Below the pieces are notes generated by a model that worked only from the letters and a program-made list of their open reading frames with translations, made no database searches and was not told the origin of the DNA. A DNA stretch of 64,000 nt from an uncultured Gammaproteobacteria bacterium (lineage in GTDB: Bacteria; Patescibacteriota; Patescibacteriia; UBA1558; GWA2-36-10). This document shows, piece by piece, positions 19,419 through 29,487 of this stretch; positions within the stretch are counted from its first letter, which is position 1; every line of letters starts with the position of its first letter. A program made the position numbers and the translations under genes. The DNA lies in the NCBI GenBank assembly GCA_964638415.1, contig CAZWYP010000005.1, positions 4,121-68,120 of the forward strand. Reading direction: 5' to 3'.

Positions 19419-22400
19419 ATGTTTGTCCATCTCCACACTCACTCCCATTACAGCTTACTTGACGGTTTAAGCACCATTGACGGTCTGGTGGCTAAAGCCA
19501 AGGAACAAGGAGCTAATGCTTTGGCGTTAACCGATCACGGTGTAATGTATGGCGTCATTGAATTCTACCAAAAATGCGTCAATGCCGGCATCAAACCGAT
19601 TATCGGAGTGGAAGCTTATGTGGTGGAAAATCTGCAAGACCGCCACAGCAAGGAAAAGCCTTATCATCTACTGCTACTGGCTAAAGACAATCAAGGCTAT
19701 AAAAATCTGTTAAAACTGGTATCCCTTGCTCATTTGAACGGCTTTTACTACAAGCCCCGCGTTGACTGGGCAACTTTAAAACAATACCAGCAAGGCTTAA
19801 TTGCCAGCACTGCTTGCTTGGCCGGTCCTTTAGCGCGCCATATCTTATCTGGCAACAAACAACAGACCGAACAAAATCTTCAGACGCTCATAGATATCTT
19901 CGGGACAGATAATGTCTGCCTGGAAATTCAGCATCGCAATTTTCCTGAACAAAAAATAGTCAATGAGGAATTAAAAAAATTAGCCAAACAATACTCTTTG
20001 CCGCTCATTGCCACTAATGATGTTCATTATCTCAATCCCGAGGATGATCAGGCGCATGATGTATTGCTTTGCATCCAAACCAAGCAAAAACAGTCAGATA
20101 AAGATCGCCTGAGCTATTTGGGAGAAAATTATGCCCTGCTGCCGGAAAACACTATGCGGGAACTGTTTCCTGACACTCCGGAAGCTATAGATAATACCCA
20201 AAAAATTGCTGACCGCTGCAATGTGGAGATTGAATTGGGAGTAATCCAGTTGCCACAATATTCCCTACCTAACGGAGTGACCGCTGAACAATATTTGGAG
20301 CAACTCTGCCTTAATGGTCTTAAAAGCCGCTTTAACCTCAGTCCGGAAAATACTCCTCAAGAAATAACCGAAAGGCTGCAGTATGAATTGTCAGTAATTG
20401 CCAAAACCGGCTTTGCCGCTTATTTCTTAATCGTCCAGGATTTTGTCAATTGGGCAAAAGATCAGCACATTATCGTCGGGCCTGGACGCGGTTCAGCGGC
20501 CGGTTCTTTAGTTTCTTATTTAATCGGCATCACCAATATTGACCCCTTAAAATACAATCTATTGTTTGAGCGTTTCCTTAATCCGGAAAGAATTTCCATG
20601 CCAGATATTGACTTGGATTTTGCCGATGAAAGAAGGAATGAGGTAATTGACTATGTAGAAAAAAAATACGGCAAAGACCATGTAGCCCAGATTATTACTT
20701 TTGGAACCATGGCCGCCAGAGCTGCTGTCAGGGACGTTGGCCGTGTCATGGGCTTCAGCTATATGTATTGCGACCAGCTGGCGAAAATGATTCCCATGTT
20801 CACTTCCTTGAAAGAAGCTTTGGAGACTGTAGAAGAGCTAAAAAAAGTTTATGAAGAAGATGCGGAAGCGCAGCGTCTGCTGGATATGGCTAAAAAGGTT
20901 GAAGGGCTAGCCCGCCACTCCTCTGTCCATGCCTGCGGGGTGTTAATTACTAAAGATCCGCTGACGGAATATGCTCCGCTGCAGTATGCCAGCGGCGATG
21001 ACAAGACTATTATCTCGGAATATTCCCTGCATCCAGTAGAAGACTTGGGCTTGTTAAAAATGGATTTCTTAGGGTTAAAAAACCTAACCGTCTTAGAACA
21101 GAGCATTAAAATCGTTAATAAGACTAAGGGAGTGAAAATAGACCTAGACCATCTTCCCTTGGCAGACAAAAAAACTTTCGCCTTGTTAAAAAAGGGAGAT
21201 ACTACCGGCGTATTCCAATTGGAATCTGGCGGCATGAAAAGATATTTAAAACTATTAAAACCCAGTGAATTGGAAGATATTATCGCCATGGTTTCACTTT
21301 ATCGCCCAGGACCGATGGAATTCATCCCGGATTTTATCAACCGCAAGCACGGCAAAACCAAACCCACTTACTTACATCCAAAATTAGAACCTATTTTGCA
21401 GAATACTTACGGCATTGCCATTTACCAGGAGCAAATCATGCAAATTGCCCGAGACCTAGCTGGTTTCAGCTATGGCCAAGCTGATGTGCTGCGCAAAGCA
21501 GTAGGCAAGAAAATTAAAAAACTGCTGGATGAGCAGGAAGAAGCTTTGGTTAAAGGCATGGTTAATCACGGCATTGACCAGCACACTGCCCAGCAGATCT
21601 GGGAATTTATCATCCCCTTTGCCCGTTATGGATTCAACCGCGCCCACGCTGCCTGCTATGCCATGATCGCCTACCAAACCGCCTATATGAAAGCTAATTA
21701 TCCGGAAGCTTTTATGGCGGCTTTACTTAGTTCCGACCAGGATAATATCGACCGCGTCACTATTGAAATCAATGAATGCCGGAAAATGGACATGGAAGTT
21801 TTACCACCGGATGTTAATGAAAGCTTTGCTACTTTTGCCGTCGTACCCAGCCAGCAAGAGCATGTTTTAGGAAAAATCCGCTTTGGCCTTAACGCCATTA
21901 AGAATGTCGGCCATCATATTGCCAGAGAGATTATTGAGGAGAGAAAAGCCAATGGCCCTTACCAATCTCTGGAAGATTTTCTTAATCGCATTACGGATAA
22001 GGATCTTAACCGCAAATCGCTGGAGAGTTTAATTAAATCTGGGGCTTTTGACCGCTTTATCGAACGCGGTCAAGCTTTAGGCAATTTAGACAAGCTGCTA
22101 CAATTCAATAAAAAAAATCAGACAGAATTAAAATCCGGCCAAAGCAATTTATTTGCCGATCTACCCTTAGCCCAGCCCGTCTTTAACTTGAAACTGGACG
22201 ATTTCCCTCCGGTTTCAATAAATCAGAAACTTTCCTGGGAAAAAGAATTATTAGGTCTGTATTTAAGCGACCATCCGTTTAAAGACTACTTACCGCTGCT
22301 TAAAAAACAGATAACCGCTCTTAATGAGTTAAAAAACTTAGAAGATAAGACAGTGAAAGTTGCCGGCATCATCACCAATATCCAGAAAATAATCACCCAC

Positions 22401-22856
22401 AACGGCAAAACCATGTTTTTTGTCACTATTGAAGATTCCACCAGCAATGTAGAGGTGTTGGTATTCCCCAAAGTTTTGGAAAACACTCATGGCCTATGGC
22501 AGGATGAAAAAATGGTAGTTGTTAATGGCAAAGTATCCAGCAAAGACGGACAGCCTAAAATTTTAGCGGAAAACGCCCAAGAGCTTACTACTGCTAAAAT
22601 CCAAGAATTGACTAAAGAATCTTTTTCCACCAACCGCCTATCCTTAAACCTGCCGGAAGGATTCAATAAAGAAAATATGCAAACACTCAAAGAGGCCTTG
22701 GAAGAATATCCGGGCTTGACTCCCGTTTATTTAATCATCAACAACGGCCATCAACGGCGGGTAAAAACTGACCTAAAAGTACTGCCAGATAAAAAATTAC
22801 TGGATAAAATAAGCTTGCTAATAGGGCAAGAAGCTTGGAAACTTGAGAATAATTAG
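19419..22856 (+). CDS. dnaE: DNA polymerase III alpha subunit
   Basis: PHP HLHTHSHYSLLDG, GRGSAAGS, PDIDLDF, C-terminal OB fold. Confidence 0.98.
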   Translation: MFVHLHTHSHYSLLDGLSTIDGLVAKAKEQGANALALTDHGVMYGVIEFYQKCVNAGIKPIIGVEAYVVENLQDRHSKEKPYHLLLLAKDNQGYKNLLKLVSLAHLNGFYYKPRVDWATLKQYQQGLIASTACLAGPLARHILSGNKQQTEQNLQTLIDIFGTDNVCLEIQHRNFPEQKIVNEELKKLAKQYSLPLIATNDVHYLNPEDDQAHDVLLCIQTKQKQSDKDRLSYLGENYALLPENTMRELFPDTPEAIDNTQKIADRCNVEIELGVIQLPQYSLPNGVTAEQYLEQLCLNGLKSRFNLSPENTPQEITERLQYELSVIAKTGFAAYFLIVQDFVNWAKDQHIIVGPGRGSAAGSLVSYLIGITNIDPLKYNLLFERFLNPERISMPDIDLDFADERRNEVIDYVEKKYGKDHVAQIITFGTMAARAAVRDVGRVMGFSYMYCDQLAKMIPMFTSLKEALETVEELKKVYEEDAEAQRLLDMAKKVEGLARHSSVHACGVLITKDPLTEYAPLQYASGDDKTIISEYSLHPVEDLGLLKMDFLGLKNLTVLEQSIKIVNKTKGVKIDLDHLPLADKKTFALLKKGDTTGVFQLESGGMKRYLKLLKPSELEDIIAMVSLYRPGPMEFIPDFINRKHGKTKPTYLHPKLEPILQNTYGIAIYQEQIMQIARDLAGFSYGQADVLRKAVGKKIKKLLDEQEEALVKGMVNHGIDQHTAQQIWEFIIPFARYGFNRAHAACYAMIAYQTAYMKANYPEAFMAALLSSDQDNIDRVTIEINECRKMDMEVLPPDVNESFATFAVVPSQQEHVLGKIRFGLNAIKNVGHHIAREIIEERKANGPYQSLEDFLNRITDKDLNRKSLESLIKSGAFDRFIERGQALGNLDKLLQFNKKNQTELKSGQSNLFADLPLAQPVFNLKLDDFPPVSINQKLSWEKELLGLYLSDHPFKDYLPLLKKQITALNELKNLEDKTVKVAGIITNIQKIITHNGKTMFFVTIEDSTSNVEVLVFPKVLENTHGLWQDEKMVVVNGKVSSKDGQPKILAENAQELTTAKIQELTKESFSTNRLSLNLPEGFNKENMQTLKEALEEYPGLTPVYLIINNGHQRRVKTDLKVLPDKKLLDKISLLIGQEAWKLENN

Positions 22857-22870
22857 GTATAATAACCTTA

Positions 22871-23998
22871 ATGGTTAATCGGCAGAAACCAAAAAATAAA
22901 ACTGGAATCTATACAAAAATCGTCGGCTTCTTTATGTTCCTGACAATTGTAGCTATTTTTGTTATTCTCCATTTTGCTTTAGCTAAGGTAACTATTAAAG
23001 TAGTTTCCCCCACCACTACTGAAAGCTACAGCGGTTTAGTGGAAATGCTGCCGGAAAACTCTTTGGAAGCTACTACAGAAAATATTCTAGGAAAAATAAT
23101 CACCAAAGAACTGGAATTAACTACAACAGTGCCAACCGAGCCTGAAGCTAAATCAGCCACTAAAGCTGGGGGTTATGTGACTATTATTAATAATTATTCC
23201 CAAAATCAGCCATTAGTAGCCACCACCAGGCTTTTAACTCCAGATAACAAGCTTTACCGCATTCAAACTGGGGTAACCGTACCAGCTGGCAGCAGCGTAG
23301 AAGTATGGGCGCAAGCCGATGAGGAAGGAGAACAGTATATTATTGGTGAGACTAAGCTTACTATTCCCGGACTATGGTCAGGCTTGCAAGACAAGATTTA
23401 TGCTGAAACCAAAGGTTTTAGCTTAGCCAGCGAGCCAATTTACCAAGTGACAGAAGATACCTTAGCAGCAGCCCAAGAAAAATTAGCCACCGAAGCTATT
23501 AACCAAGGACTGACTGCTTTTAATGAACTGCTGGCTAAGAATCTGCAAATTGGTAAAGAACAAATATTTGCCAATTATGAAACTCTGGAATCTTCCGCTG
23601 TCGGCGAAGAAACAGCAGAAACCAGCTTAAAGCAGAAAGTAACTCTCTATGGTCTAGTCTTCTCCCCTGCTGACTTACAAGCTATTGCGGAAAAAAAATT
23701 CCAGGATGATTTGGAAAGTAATCAAAAACTAACTAACCTTGTTCCTGGGACATTCCATTATCAAATCTTAGAAATGTATCCAGAGCAAGGTCGAGCGATT
23801 ATTGAAGTAAAACTCGATGGTCAGGTAATGTCCAGCCAGCATTTGCTAAAAATCAATAAAGATGAGTTAATCGGTAAAACTGAAAACGACATCCGCGAAT
23901 ATTTGCAGCAATTCAATATTGAATCTAGTGAAGTTAAATTCTTTCCTTTCTGGATTAAAACCGTACCTAAGCTTAAAGATCATATTATTATCGAATAA
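22871..23998 (+). CDS. Membrane-anchored protein with baseplate-J-like domain
   Basis: N-terminal TM; GYVTIINN..QPLVATTRL, TIPGL, PFW pattern recalled from CPR proteins. Confidence 0.6.
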   Translation: MVNRQKPKNKTGIYTKIVGFFMFLTIVAIFVILHFALAKVTIKVVSPTTTESYSGLVEMLPENSLEATTENILGKIITKELELTTTVPTEPEAKSATKAGGYVTIINNYSQNQPLVATTRLLTPDNKLYRIQTGVTVPAGSSVEVWAQADEEGEQYIIGETKLTIPGLWSGLQDKIYAETKGFSLASEPIYQVTEDTLAAAQEKLATEAINQGLTAFNELLAKNLQIGKEQIFANYETLESSAVGEETAETSLKQKVTLYGLVFSPADLQAIAEKKFQDDLESNQKLTNLVPGTFHYQILEMYPEQGRAIIEVKLDGQVMSSQHLLKINKDELIGKTENDIREYLQQFNIESSEVKFFPFWIKTVPKLKDHIIIE

Positions 23999-24004
23999 AT
24001 AACT

Positions 24005-24033
24005 TTGACATTTTCTGCCATTGCTCATATAAT
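24005..24033 (+). promoter_or_regulatory. Consensus sigma70 promoter for the T-box/hydrolase/thrS transcript
   Basis: TTGACA-17 bp-TATAAT. Confidence 0.85.
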
Positions 24034-24039
24034 AACTAT

Positions 24040-24220
24040 GCTTAATGATTGGAATAGCTACCAACTATTCTGTATCCGTTTTTAGCGGATTTACCTCTTT
24101 GGCTAAGTTAAGCGGACAAATTAATCAATAAAGTGGTTTAGTATGCTGTATTTACTAGGCAACTTGGGTGGAACCGCCTAAAAACTTAGGTCCCAAGATA
24201 ATAATCTTGGTTTTTTTATT
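24040..24220 (+). ncRNA. T-box riboswitch (Thr, transcription attenuation)
   Basis: T-box AACTTGGGTGGAACCGC 24161-24177; antiterminator CTTGGG/CCCAAG with 7-nt bulge TGGAACC; overlapping terminator CCAAGAT/ATCTTGG plus T7; ACC in a 5' hairpin loop. Confidence 0.85.
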
Positions 24221-24228
24221 TTAAAAAT

Positions 24229-24993
24229 ATGAAAGAGTTTATCAACAACCGCAAAAACCAAAAATTAGCAGTAATTATAGAACAGCCAGTTAATCCCCGT
24301 GGCTTAGCGATTATCATGCACGGCTTAGGCGGCTTTAAAGAACAAGAGCATATTGCTATGTTCGCTGAAACTTTTCTAGAAAATAGCTATACCACCATCC
24401 GCTTTGACGCTGCTGACACTATTGGTGAAAGTGAAGGTAAGATGGAAGAGGCTACGGTCACTAATTACTACGAAGACTTGGAAGATGTGATTACTTGGAC
24501 TAAAACTCAAAAATGGTATCAAGAACCGTTTATTTTAGTAGGACATAGTTTGGGAGCTGGTTGTTCTCTGTTATATGCGGAAAACCACCCTCAAGAAGTA
24601 AAGGCTATTGCTCCCATATCTACAGTGGTTTCCGGAGAACTTAGTTTTCAGACTTACACCCAAGAAGAATTAGATCATTGGAAACAAACCGGCTGGCAAA
24701 TTACGGAAAGTCGCGGTAAACCTGGTGTATTTAAAAAACTGCCCTGGTCACATATGGAAGATAGATTAAAGTATGATTTGTTGACTAAGGTAGATAAGCT
24801 GATTATGCCAATAATATTAATAGTCGGTGATCAGGATGACGCTACGCCTTTGGCACATCAACAAATATTATTTGACAAACTGCCCGGACCAAAAGAATTG
24901 CATATAATAAAAGGAGCTCCCCATACTTTTCGGGAAGAAAAACACTTAAAAGAAATTAAAGAAATATTAAATAATTGGATTAAAACTTTATGA
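24229..24993 (+). CDS. Alpha/beta-fold hydrolase
   Basis: HGLGG, GHSLG, GDQDD, APHTF catalytic-triad motifs. Confidence 0.87.
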   Translation: MKEFINNRKNQKLAVIIEQPVNPRGLAIIMHGLGGFKEQEHIAMFAETFLENSYTTIRFDAADTIGESEGKMEEATVTNYYEDLEDVITWTKTQKWYQEPFILVGHSLGAGCSLLYAENHPQEVKAIAPISTVVSGELSFQTYTQEELDHWKQTGWQITESRGKPGVFKKLPWSHMEDRLKYDLLTKVDKLIMPIILIVGDQDDATPLAHQQILFDKLPGPKELHIIKGAPHTFREEKHLKEIKEILNNWIKTL

Positions 24994-26747
24994 AACAAGA
25001 TAAAATATTCAAAATCCGCCACTCGTTAGCCCATGTGCTGGCCATGGCTGTGCTTAAAAAATTTCCCGAAGCCAAATTAGCAATCGGCCCGGTAATCGAT
25101 AACGGCTTCTATTACGATTTCCTGCTACCGGCTAAAATCTCCGATGCCGATCTGCCGGCTTTAGAAAACATTATGCGGGAAATAGTAAAACAAAATATTG
25201 AATTTAAGAAAAAGGTAGTACCGCGAGCCAAAGCCTTGGACATAACCAAAGAGCAGAACCAGCCATTCAAGACCGAGCTAATTAACGATTTGCCTGACGA
25301 TGAAACTATTAGTTTCTACTCCTCCGGCAGCTTTAATGATCTCTGCCGCGGACCGCATGTCAAAGCAACAACGGAAATTAACACTGAAGCCTTTAAATTA
25401 ATCAGCGTAGCCGGTGCCTATTGGCGAGGTGATGAAAAAAGGGAAATGCTTACCCGTATTTACGGCGTAGCTTTTGCCACTAAAGAAGAATTAGAAAAAT
25501 ACTTGACTATAATGGAGCAAGCCAAAGAGCGGGATCACCGCAAGCTTGGCAAAGAATTGGACTTATTCACTTTTTCCGACTTAGTAGGACCTGGCCTGCC
25601 TTTATGGACTCCTCATGGCATGATCATCCGCGAACAAATAGACAATTTTGTCTGGGAATTAAGAAAAGTGCATGGCTACCAAAAAGTAGAAATTCCCCAT
25701 ATTACCAAAAAAGACTTATTTGTCACTTCCGGGCATTGGGATAAATTTTCCGATGAATTATTCAAATGCCAGTCCCGCGAAGGCCACTTATTTGCTCTCA
25801 AGCCCATGAACTGCCCCTTCCATACCCAGATTTTTGACCGCAATAAGTGGAGCTACCGGGATATGCCCCAGCGCTATGCTAATACTACCATGTGCTACCG
25901 GGATGAGCAGACTGGGGAACTTTCCGGCTTAAGCCGCCTACGCTCCTTTACCCAGGACGATGCCCATGTTTTCTGCCGTGAGTCCCAAACCACAGAAGAA
26001 GCTTTAAAAATCTGGGATATTATCCAGGCTTTTTACAAACAAACTGGCTTCAAATTAAAAGTTCGCTTATCTTTGCGGGATCCAAAACAGCCGGAAAAAT
26101 ACAAAGGTAGTGAAGAATTATGGTTAAGATCGGAAGAACAGTTAAGAAATATTATCCAGCAAAAGAAAGTTAAGTTTACCGAAGCCTTAGGTGAAGCAGC
26201 TTTCTATGGACCAAAGATAGACTTCTTAAGCCATGACTCTTTGGGACGCGAATGGCAGGTTGCTACTATCCAAATTGACCGCAGTATGCCGGACAGCTTT
26301 AACCTGCACTGCATTAATGAGAAAGGTGAAGAAGAAAGGATTGTCATGATCCATGCTGCTATTGCCGGATCTTTGGAAAGATTCATGTCTGTCCTCATTG
26401 AGCACTTAGGAGGCAATTTCCCTACTTGGCTGGCTCCTGTGCAAATAAAAATCTTAACTGTCAATTCCAGCCATGGAGAGTTTGCCCACGGCTTAGCTCA
26501 AGAATTTGCTAAAGCTGGATTAAGAATAGCTGTTGACGACTCCAGTGAGACTTTGGGCAATAAAATACGCAAAAGCGCCAAAGACAAGATTCCTTATGTG
26601 CTGGTAATTGGCGACAAGGAAATGAACTGCTCTGCTCTATCTGTACGCGTACGAGGCAGTAATGATCTATTAAACATTGCCAAAGCAGATTTTATCCGCC
26701 AAGTAAAAAATGAGGTGAAAAAAAGAAAACTAAAGCTCCTCAAGTAA
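24990..26747 (+). CDS. thrS: Threonine--tRNA ligase
   Basis: HSLAH, DLCRGPH, KPMNCP, AAFYGPK. Confidence 0.97.
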   Translation: MKQDKIFKIRHSLAHVLAMAVLKKFPEAKLAIGPVIDNGFYYDFLLPAKISDADLPALENIMREIVKQNIEFKKKVVPRAKALDITKEQNQPFKTELINDLPDDETISFYSSGSFNDLCRGPHVKATTEINTEAFKLISVAGAYWRGDEKREMLTRIYGVAFATKEELEKYLTIMEQAKERDHRKLGKELDLFTFSDLVGPGLPLWTPHGMIIREQIDNFVWELRKVHGYQKVEIPHITKKDLFVTSGHWDKFSDELFKCQSREGHLFALKPMNCPFHTQIFDRNKWSYRDMPQRYANTTMCYRDEQTGELSGLSRLRSFTQDDAHVFCRESQTTEEALKIWDIIQAFYKQTGFKLKVRLSLRDPKQPEKYKGSEELWLRSEEQLRNIIQQKKVKFTEALGEAAFYGPKIDFLSHDSLGREWQVATIQIDRSMPDSFNLHCINEKGEEERIVMIHAAIAGSLERFMSVLIEHLGGNFPTWLAPVQIKILTVNSSHGEFAHGLAQEFAKAGLRIAVDDSSETLGNKIRKSAKDKIPYVLVIGDKEMNCSALSVRVRGSNDLLNIAKADFIRQVKNEVKKRKLKLLK

Positions 26748-26798
26748 ATTTTCTCAAAAAGTGGTATAATAATCTTGCCACAATTAATTTTTAACATT

Positions 26799-28058
26799 AT
26801 GAAAAAAATAATCGCCTTATCTTTCCTACTGGCTTTAATAATCAGCCAGTCTGCGCAAGCGCAAGAAACAGTAAATCAGGAGATTGCCGCGGAATTAAGC
26901 GCCGATGAAATCACGGCTACTGACTTGGATTTAACCGAAGAGCAAGTTAAGCTGCCGGGGACTTTTGGCCACTGGTGGAGCAATGTAAAAATCAATACCA
27001 AAAGTTTTTTTGCCAATGATCCGACCAAAGCGGAATTAAAACTGAAACAGGCTAATTTGGAATTATTAGCCGCTAAAAAGCTGGCGGGAAACACTAATAA
27101 TGAGGAGAGTAAAAAGAAGCTGGAAAAAGCCTTGGCTAATTACCAAAAGCATACTGCTGTTTTAGAAGAAAAACTAAAAAAGGTACCAGCAGATAAAAAA
27201 GAACAGCTATTGGAAAAGCTGGCAGACAACCAATTAAAACATCAGGAAGTTTTCCAGAAGTTAATCTCCAGCGCCCCAGAACAGGCTAAAGAAACTTTAC
27301 TTACTGCCAAAAAAGAGGCGCTGCAAAATTGGTATGAGAATCATTCGGAAGATTTTGCCGCCAGATTAAAAGAAGCAGTAGATAATAATAATCAAGGCAG
27401 TAAGTTTAAAAATCTCCAGATTATGGCCACTCTGCAGGAAATGTCATCAGATTTACCGGCAGACGCCAAAGAAAAGATAACTGAAGCAACGCAAGCGGCA
27501 GAAGCTAAACTAAAAGAAAGAATACAAAATCTCCAAACAGAAGATCAGGATAAACTGGAAAAATACCTAAAAACATTACCCATAGATGATATTAAAAAAA
27601 CGGAGATCATCAATCGCTTACAAACCGATGATAATCTAAAAGAACTATGGGATCGCTTAGAAAAAATAAAAGAAGAGCAATTGGAAAAGATAAAAAATAA
27701 CCTGGAAAATCTAGATGAAGCAGGCAGAAAAAAATTCTTGGAAGATAATTTCTCCCAAGAAGCTAATGCTGCTAGAGTAATTATTTTAGATAAGATTAAA
27801 GATGATTTACCAGCTTTGAGAGAGAAGGTAAAAGAAATTGACGAAAAACAGCAGTTGATGATCAAAGAAAAAATAAAAAATGCTGGGGATGAAAAAAAGC
27901 TGGAAGAACTAAAAAAAGAATTAGAAACCATTAATCGTCCAGTTCTAAAAAAAGAGTTATTAGACAAGGAACAAGAGTTTAAACCAGAACTTAAAGAAGA
28001 ACTTCCTGCTAAACCCCTGCCGCAAATCCGCCCATATAATGCCAGTGCCAGCAATTAG
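26799..28058 (+). CDS. Secreted coiled-coil protein (DUF5667-like N-terminus)
   Basis: Signal peptide MKKIIALSFLLALIISQSAQA; LPG..GHW motif; long E/K-rich helices. Confidence 0.7.
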   Translation: MKKIIALSFLLALIISQSAQAQETVNQEIAAELSADEITATDLDLTEEQVKLPGTFGHWWSNVKINTKSFFANDPTKAELKLKQANLELLAAKKLAGNTNNEESKKKLEKALANYQKHTAVLEEKLKKVPADKKEQLLEKLADNQLKHQEVFQKLISSAPEQAKETLLTAKKEALQNWYENHSEDFAARLKEAVDNNNQGSKFKNLQIMATLQEMSSDLPADAKEKITEATQAAEAKLKERIQNLQTEDQDKLEKYLKTLPIDDIKKTEIINRLQTDDNLKELWDRLEKIKEEQLEKIKNNLENLDEAGRKKFLEDNFSQEANAARVIILDKIKDDLPALREKVKEIDEKQQLMIKEKIKNAGDEKKLEELKKELETINRPVLKKELLDKEQEFKPELKEELPAKPLPQIRPYNASASN

Positions 28059-28064
28059 ATAAAG

Positions 28065-28096
28065 AAAAAAGCGTTCCTAAGAAGGGAACGCTTTTT
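28065..28096. terminator. Bidirectional terminator
   Basis: AAAAAGCGTTCC / GGAACGCTTTTT. Confidence 0.75.
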
Positions 28097-28505
28097 AAAC
28101 AACTGACATCTGCAAATGGTCAAGTACTGTTTGCCAATCGGCAATAGACACTTGCCTAACGCCCAAGGCTTCCAGCCGGCTGGCAGTCTCCGGATCATCT
28201 CCGTCAACAATGATGCAGAAAATATTCTGCGGTGGTAGCTGCAAAAACTTAATAGCAAAATCCACAAAAGCCAATAACGGCCAGTCCGGCAAAGAACAAA
28301 GGATCACCAAATTGTTAATGCCCAACTCCTCCAGAATATGCGCTAAGCCATTGGGATCAGACAAATCATGAACCATGACCGTTGAGAAACTGTCATCATC
28401 CTGTGGCCGTTTAGTCCGGAACAAATTTGCTAGATGCAAGTTTTGGTCGGGATATGGCCCGACCACTGCCAATTTTCTTTTGGTTGTTGTAGTAACGGTT
28501 GCCAT
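28095..28505 (-). CDS. Orphan protein, possible degenerate receiver/flavodoxin-like fold
   Basis: 136 aa from ATG 28505 with AGGGAG SD; alternating beta/alpha pattern, LEALGV. Confidence 0.6.
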   Translation of the reverse strand: MATVTTTTKRKLAVVGPYPDQNLHLANLFRTKRPQDDDSFSTVMVHDLSDPNGLAHILEELGINNLVILCSLPDWPLLAFVDFAIKFLQLPPQNIFCIIVDGDDPETASRLEALGVRQVSIADWQTVLDHLQMSVV

Positions 28506-28563
28506 GTTATACTCCCTGATGTGAAGAACAAAATTTTCCCAAAGATACCAAAAAAAACAAATT

Positions 28564-29457
28564 ATGTCAATGGTTAAAAGAAAAAAAATTGTTATTATTT
28601 TAGGCCCAACTGCCACCGGTAAGACAAAATTTGCTGTTAAATTAGCTAAAATTTTTAATGCTGAAATAGTTTCTGCCGATTCCCGCCAAGTATATAAACA
28701 AATGGACTTAGGCACAGGCAAAGATTTAGAAGAATACCAGAATATTCCTTACCACCTCATAGACATTAAATCCCCTAAACAGCAATTTTCCTTAGCAGAA
28801 TTCCAAGCTAAAGCCTATCGGACAATTAACAAAATTCACCACTTAGGCAAATTACCTTTACTAGTCGGCGGCACGGGACTTTACTTGCAGGCAATTATTG
28901 AGGGGTGGCTCTTGCCGGCAGTTAAGCCTGATTATTCTTTAAGAATAGCCTTGGAGAAAAACAGCCTATCTCAATTACAAGCTTTAGCTAAAAAAAATAA
29001 ACTTAATCTCAATCAAAGCGATTGGCGGAATAAAAGAAGATTAATTAGATATTTAGAAATAACTGCTATTAACCAAAATATTGACTTTAAAAAACAGCCT
29101 AAATATGATTGCTTAATATTAGGACTGTCTCTGCCTAAAGAACAACTGGATAAAAAAATAAATGCCAGATTAAAAACCAGATTAAAACAAGGGTTAGTTG
29201 GGGAGGTTTCTAAATTGCATAAATTATTATCTTGGCAAAAGTTGGAAAGTTTTGGTTTAGAATATAAATGGATTAGCTTATATTTGCAAAATAAAATAAA
29301 TTACCAGGAAATGGTAATTAATTTACAGACTGCTATTCATCGTTATGCTAAAAGACAAATGACTTGGCTAAGAAGAATGGAAAGGCAAGGGATAAAAATA
29401 CACTGGAATCCAACTTTAACTGCCAGCAAAAAATTAATTAAGCAGTTTATAGACTAA
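28564..29457 (+). CDS. miaA: tRNA dimethylallyltransferase
   Basis: GPTATGKT, SADSRQVY, VGGTGLY, YAKRQMTW. Confidence 0.96.
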   Translation: MSMVKRKKIVIILGPTATGKTKFAVKLAKIFNAEIVSADSRQVYKQMDLGTGKDLEEYQNIPYHLIDIKSPKQQFSLAEFQAKAYRTINKIHHLGKLPLLVGGTGLYLQAIIEGWLLPAVKPDYSLRIALEKNSLSQLQALAKKNKLNLNQSDWRNKRRLIRYLEITAINQNIDFKKQPKYDCLILGLSLPKEQLDKKINARLKTRLKQGLVGEVSKLHKLLSWQKLESFGLEYKWISLYLQNKINYQEMVINLQTAIHRYAKRQMTWLRRMERQGIKIHWNPTLTASKKLIKQFID

Positions 29458-29487
29458 AAATACCCCGAAAATAATCGGGGTATTTTT
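29456..29487. terminator. Bidirectional terminator
   Basis: AAAAATACCCCGA / TCGGGGTATTTTT. Confidence 0.78.

Noticed and set aside
22871-23998. Prophage, suggested by the baseplate-J-like domain
   Set aside because: Single membrane-anchored gene among housekeeping genes, with no other phage genes
27545-28054. 169-aa Ser/Phe-rich antisense ORF (and similar shadows such as 12285-12914 and 20849-21289)
   Set aside because: Reverse-frame by-products of the codon bias of real genes on the other strand
28506-28721. N-terminal extension of the 28095 ORF overlapping miaA
   Set aside because: Antisense shadow of miaA; SD and promoter support ATG 28505
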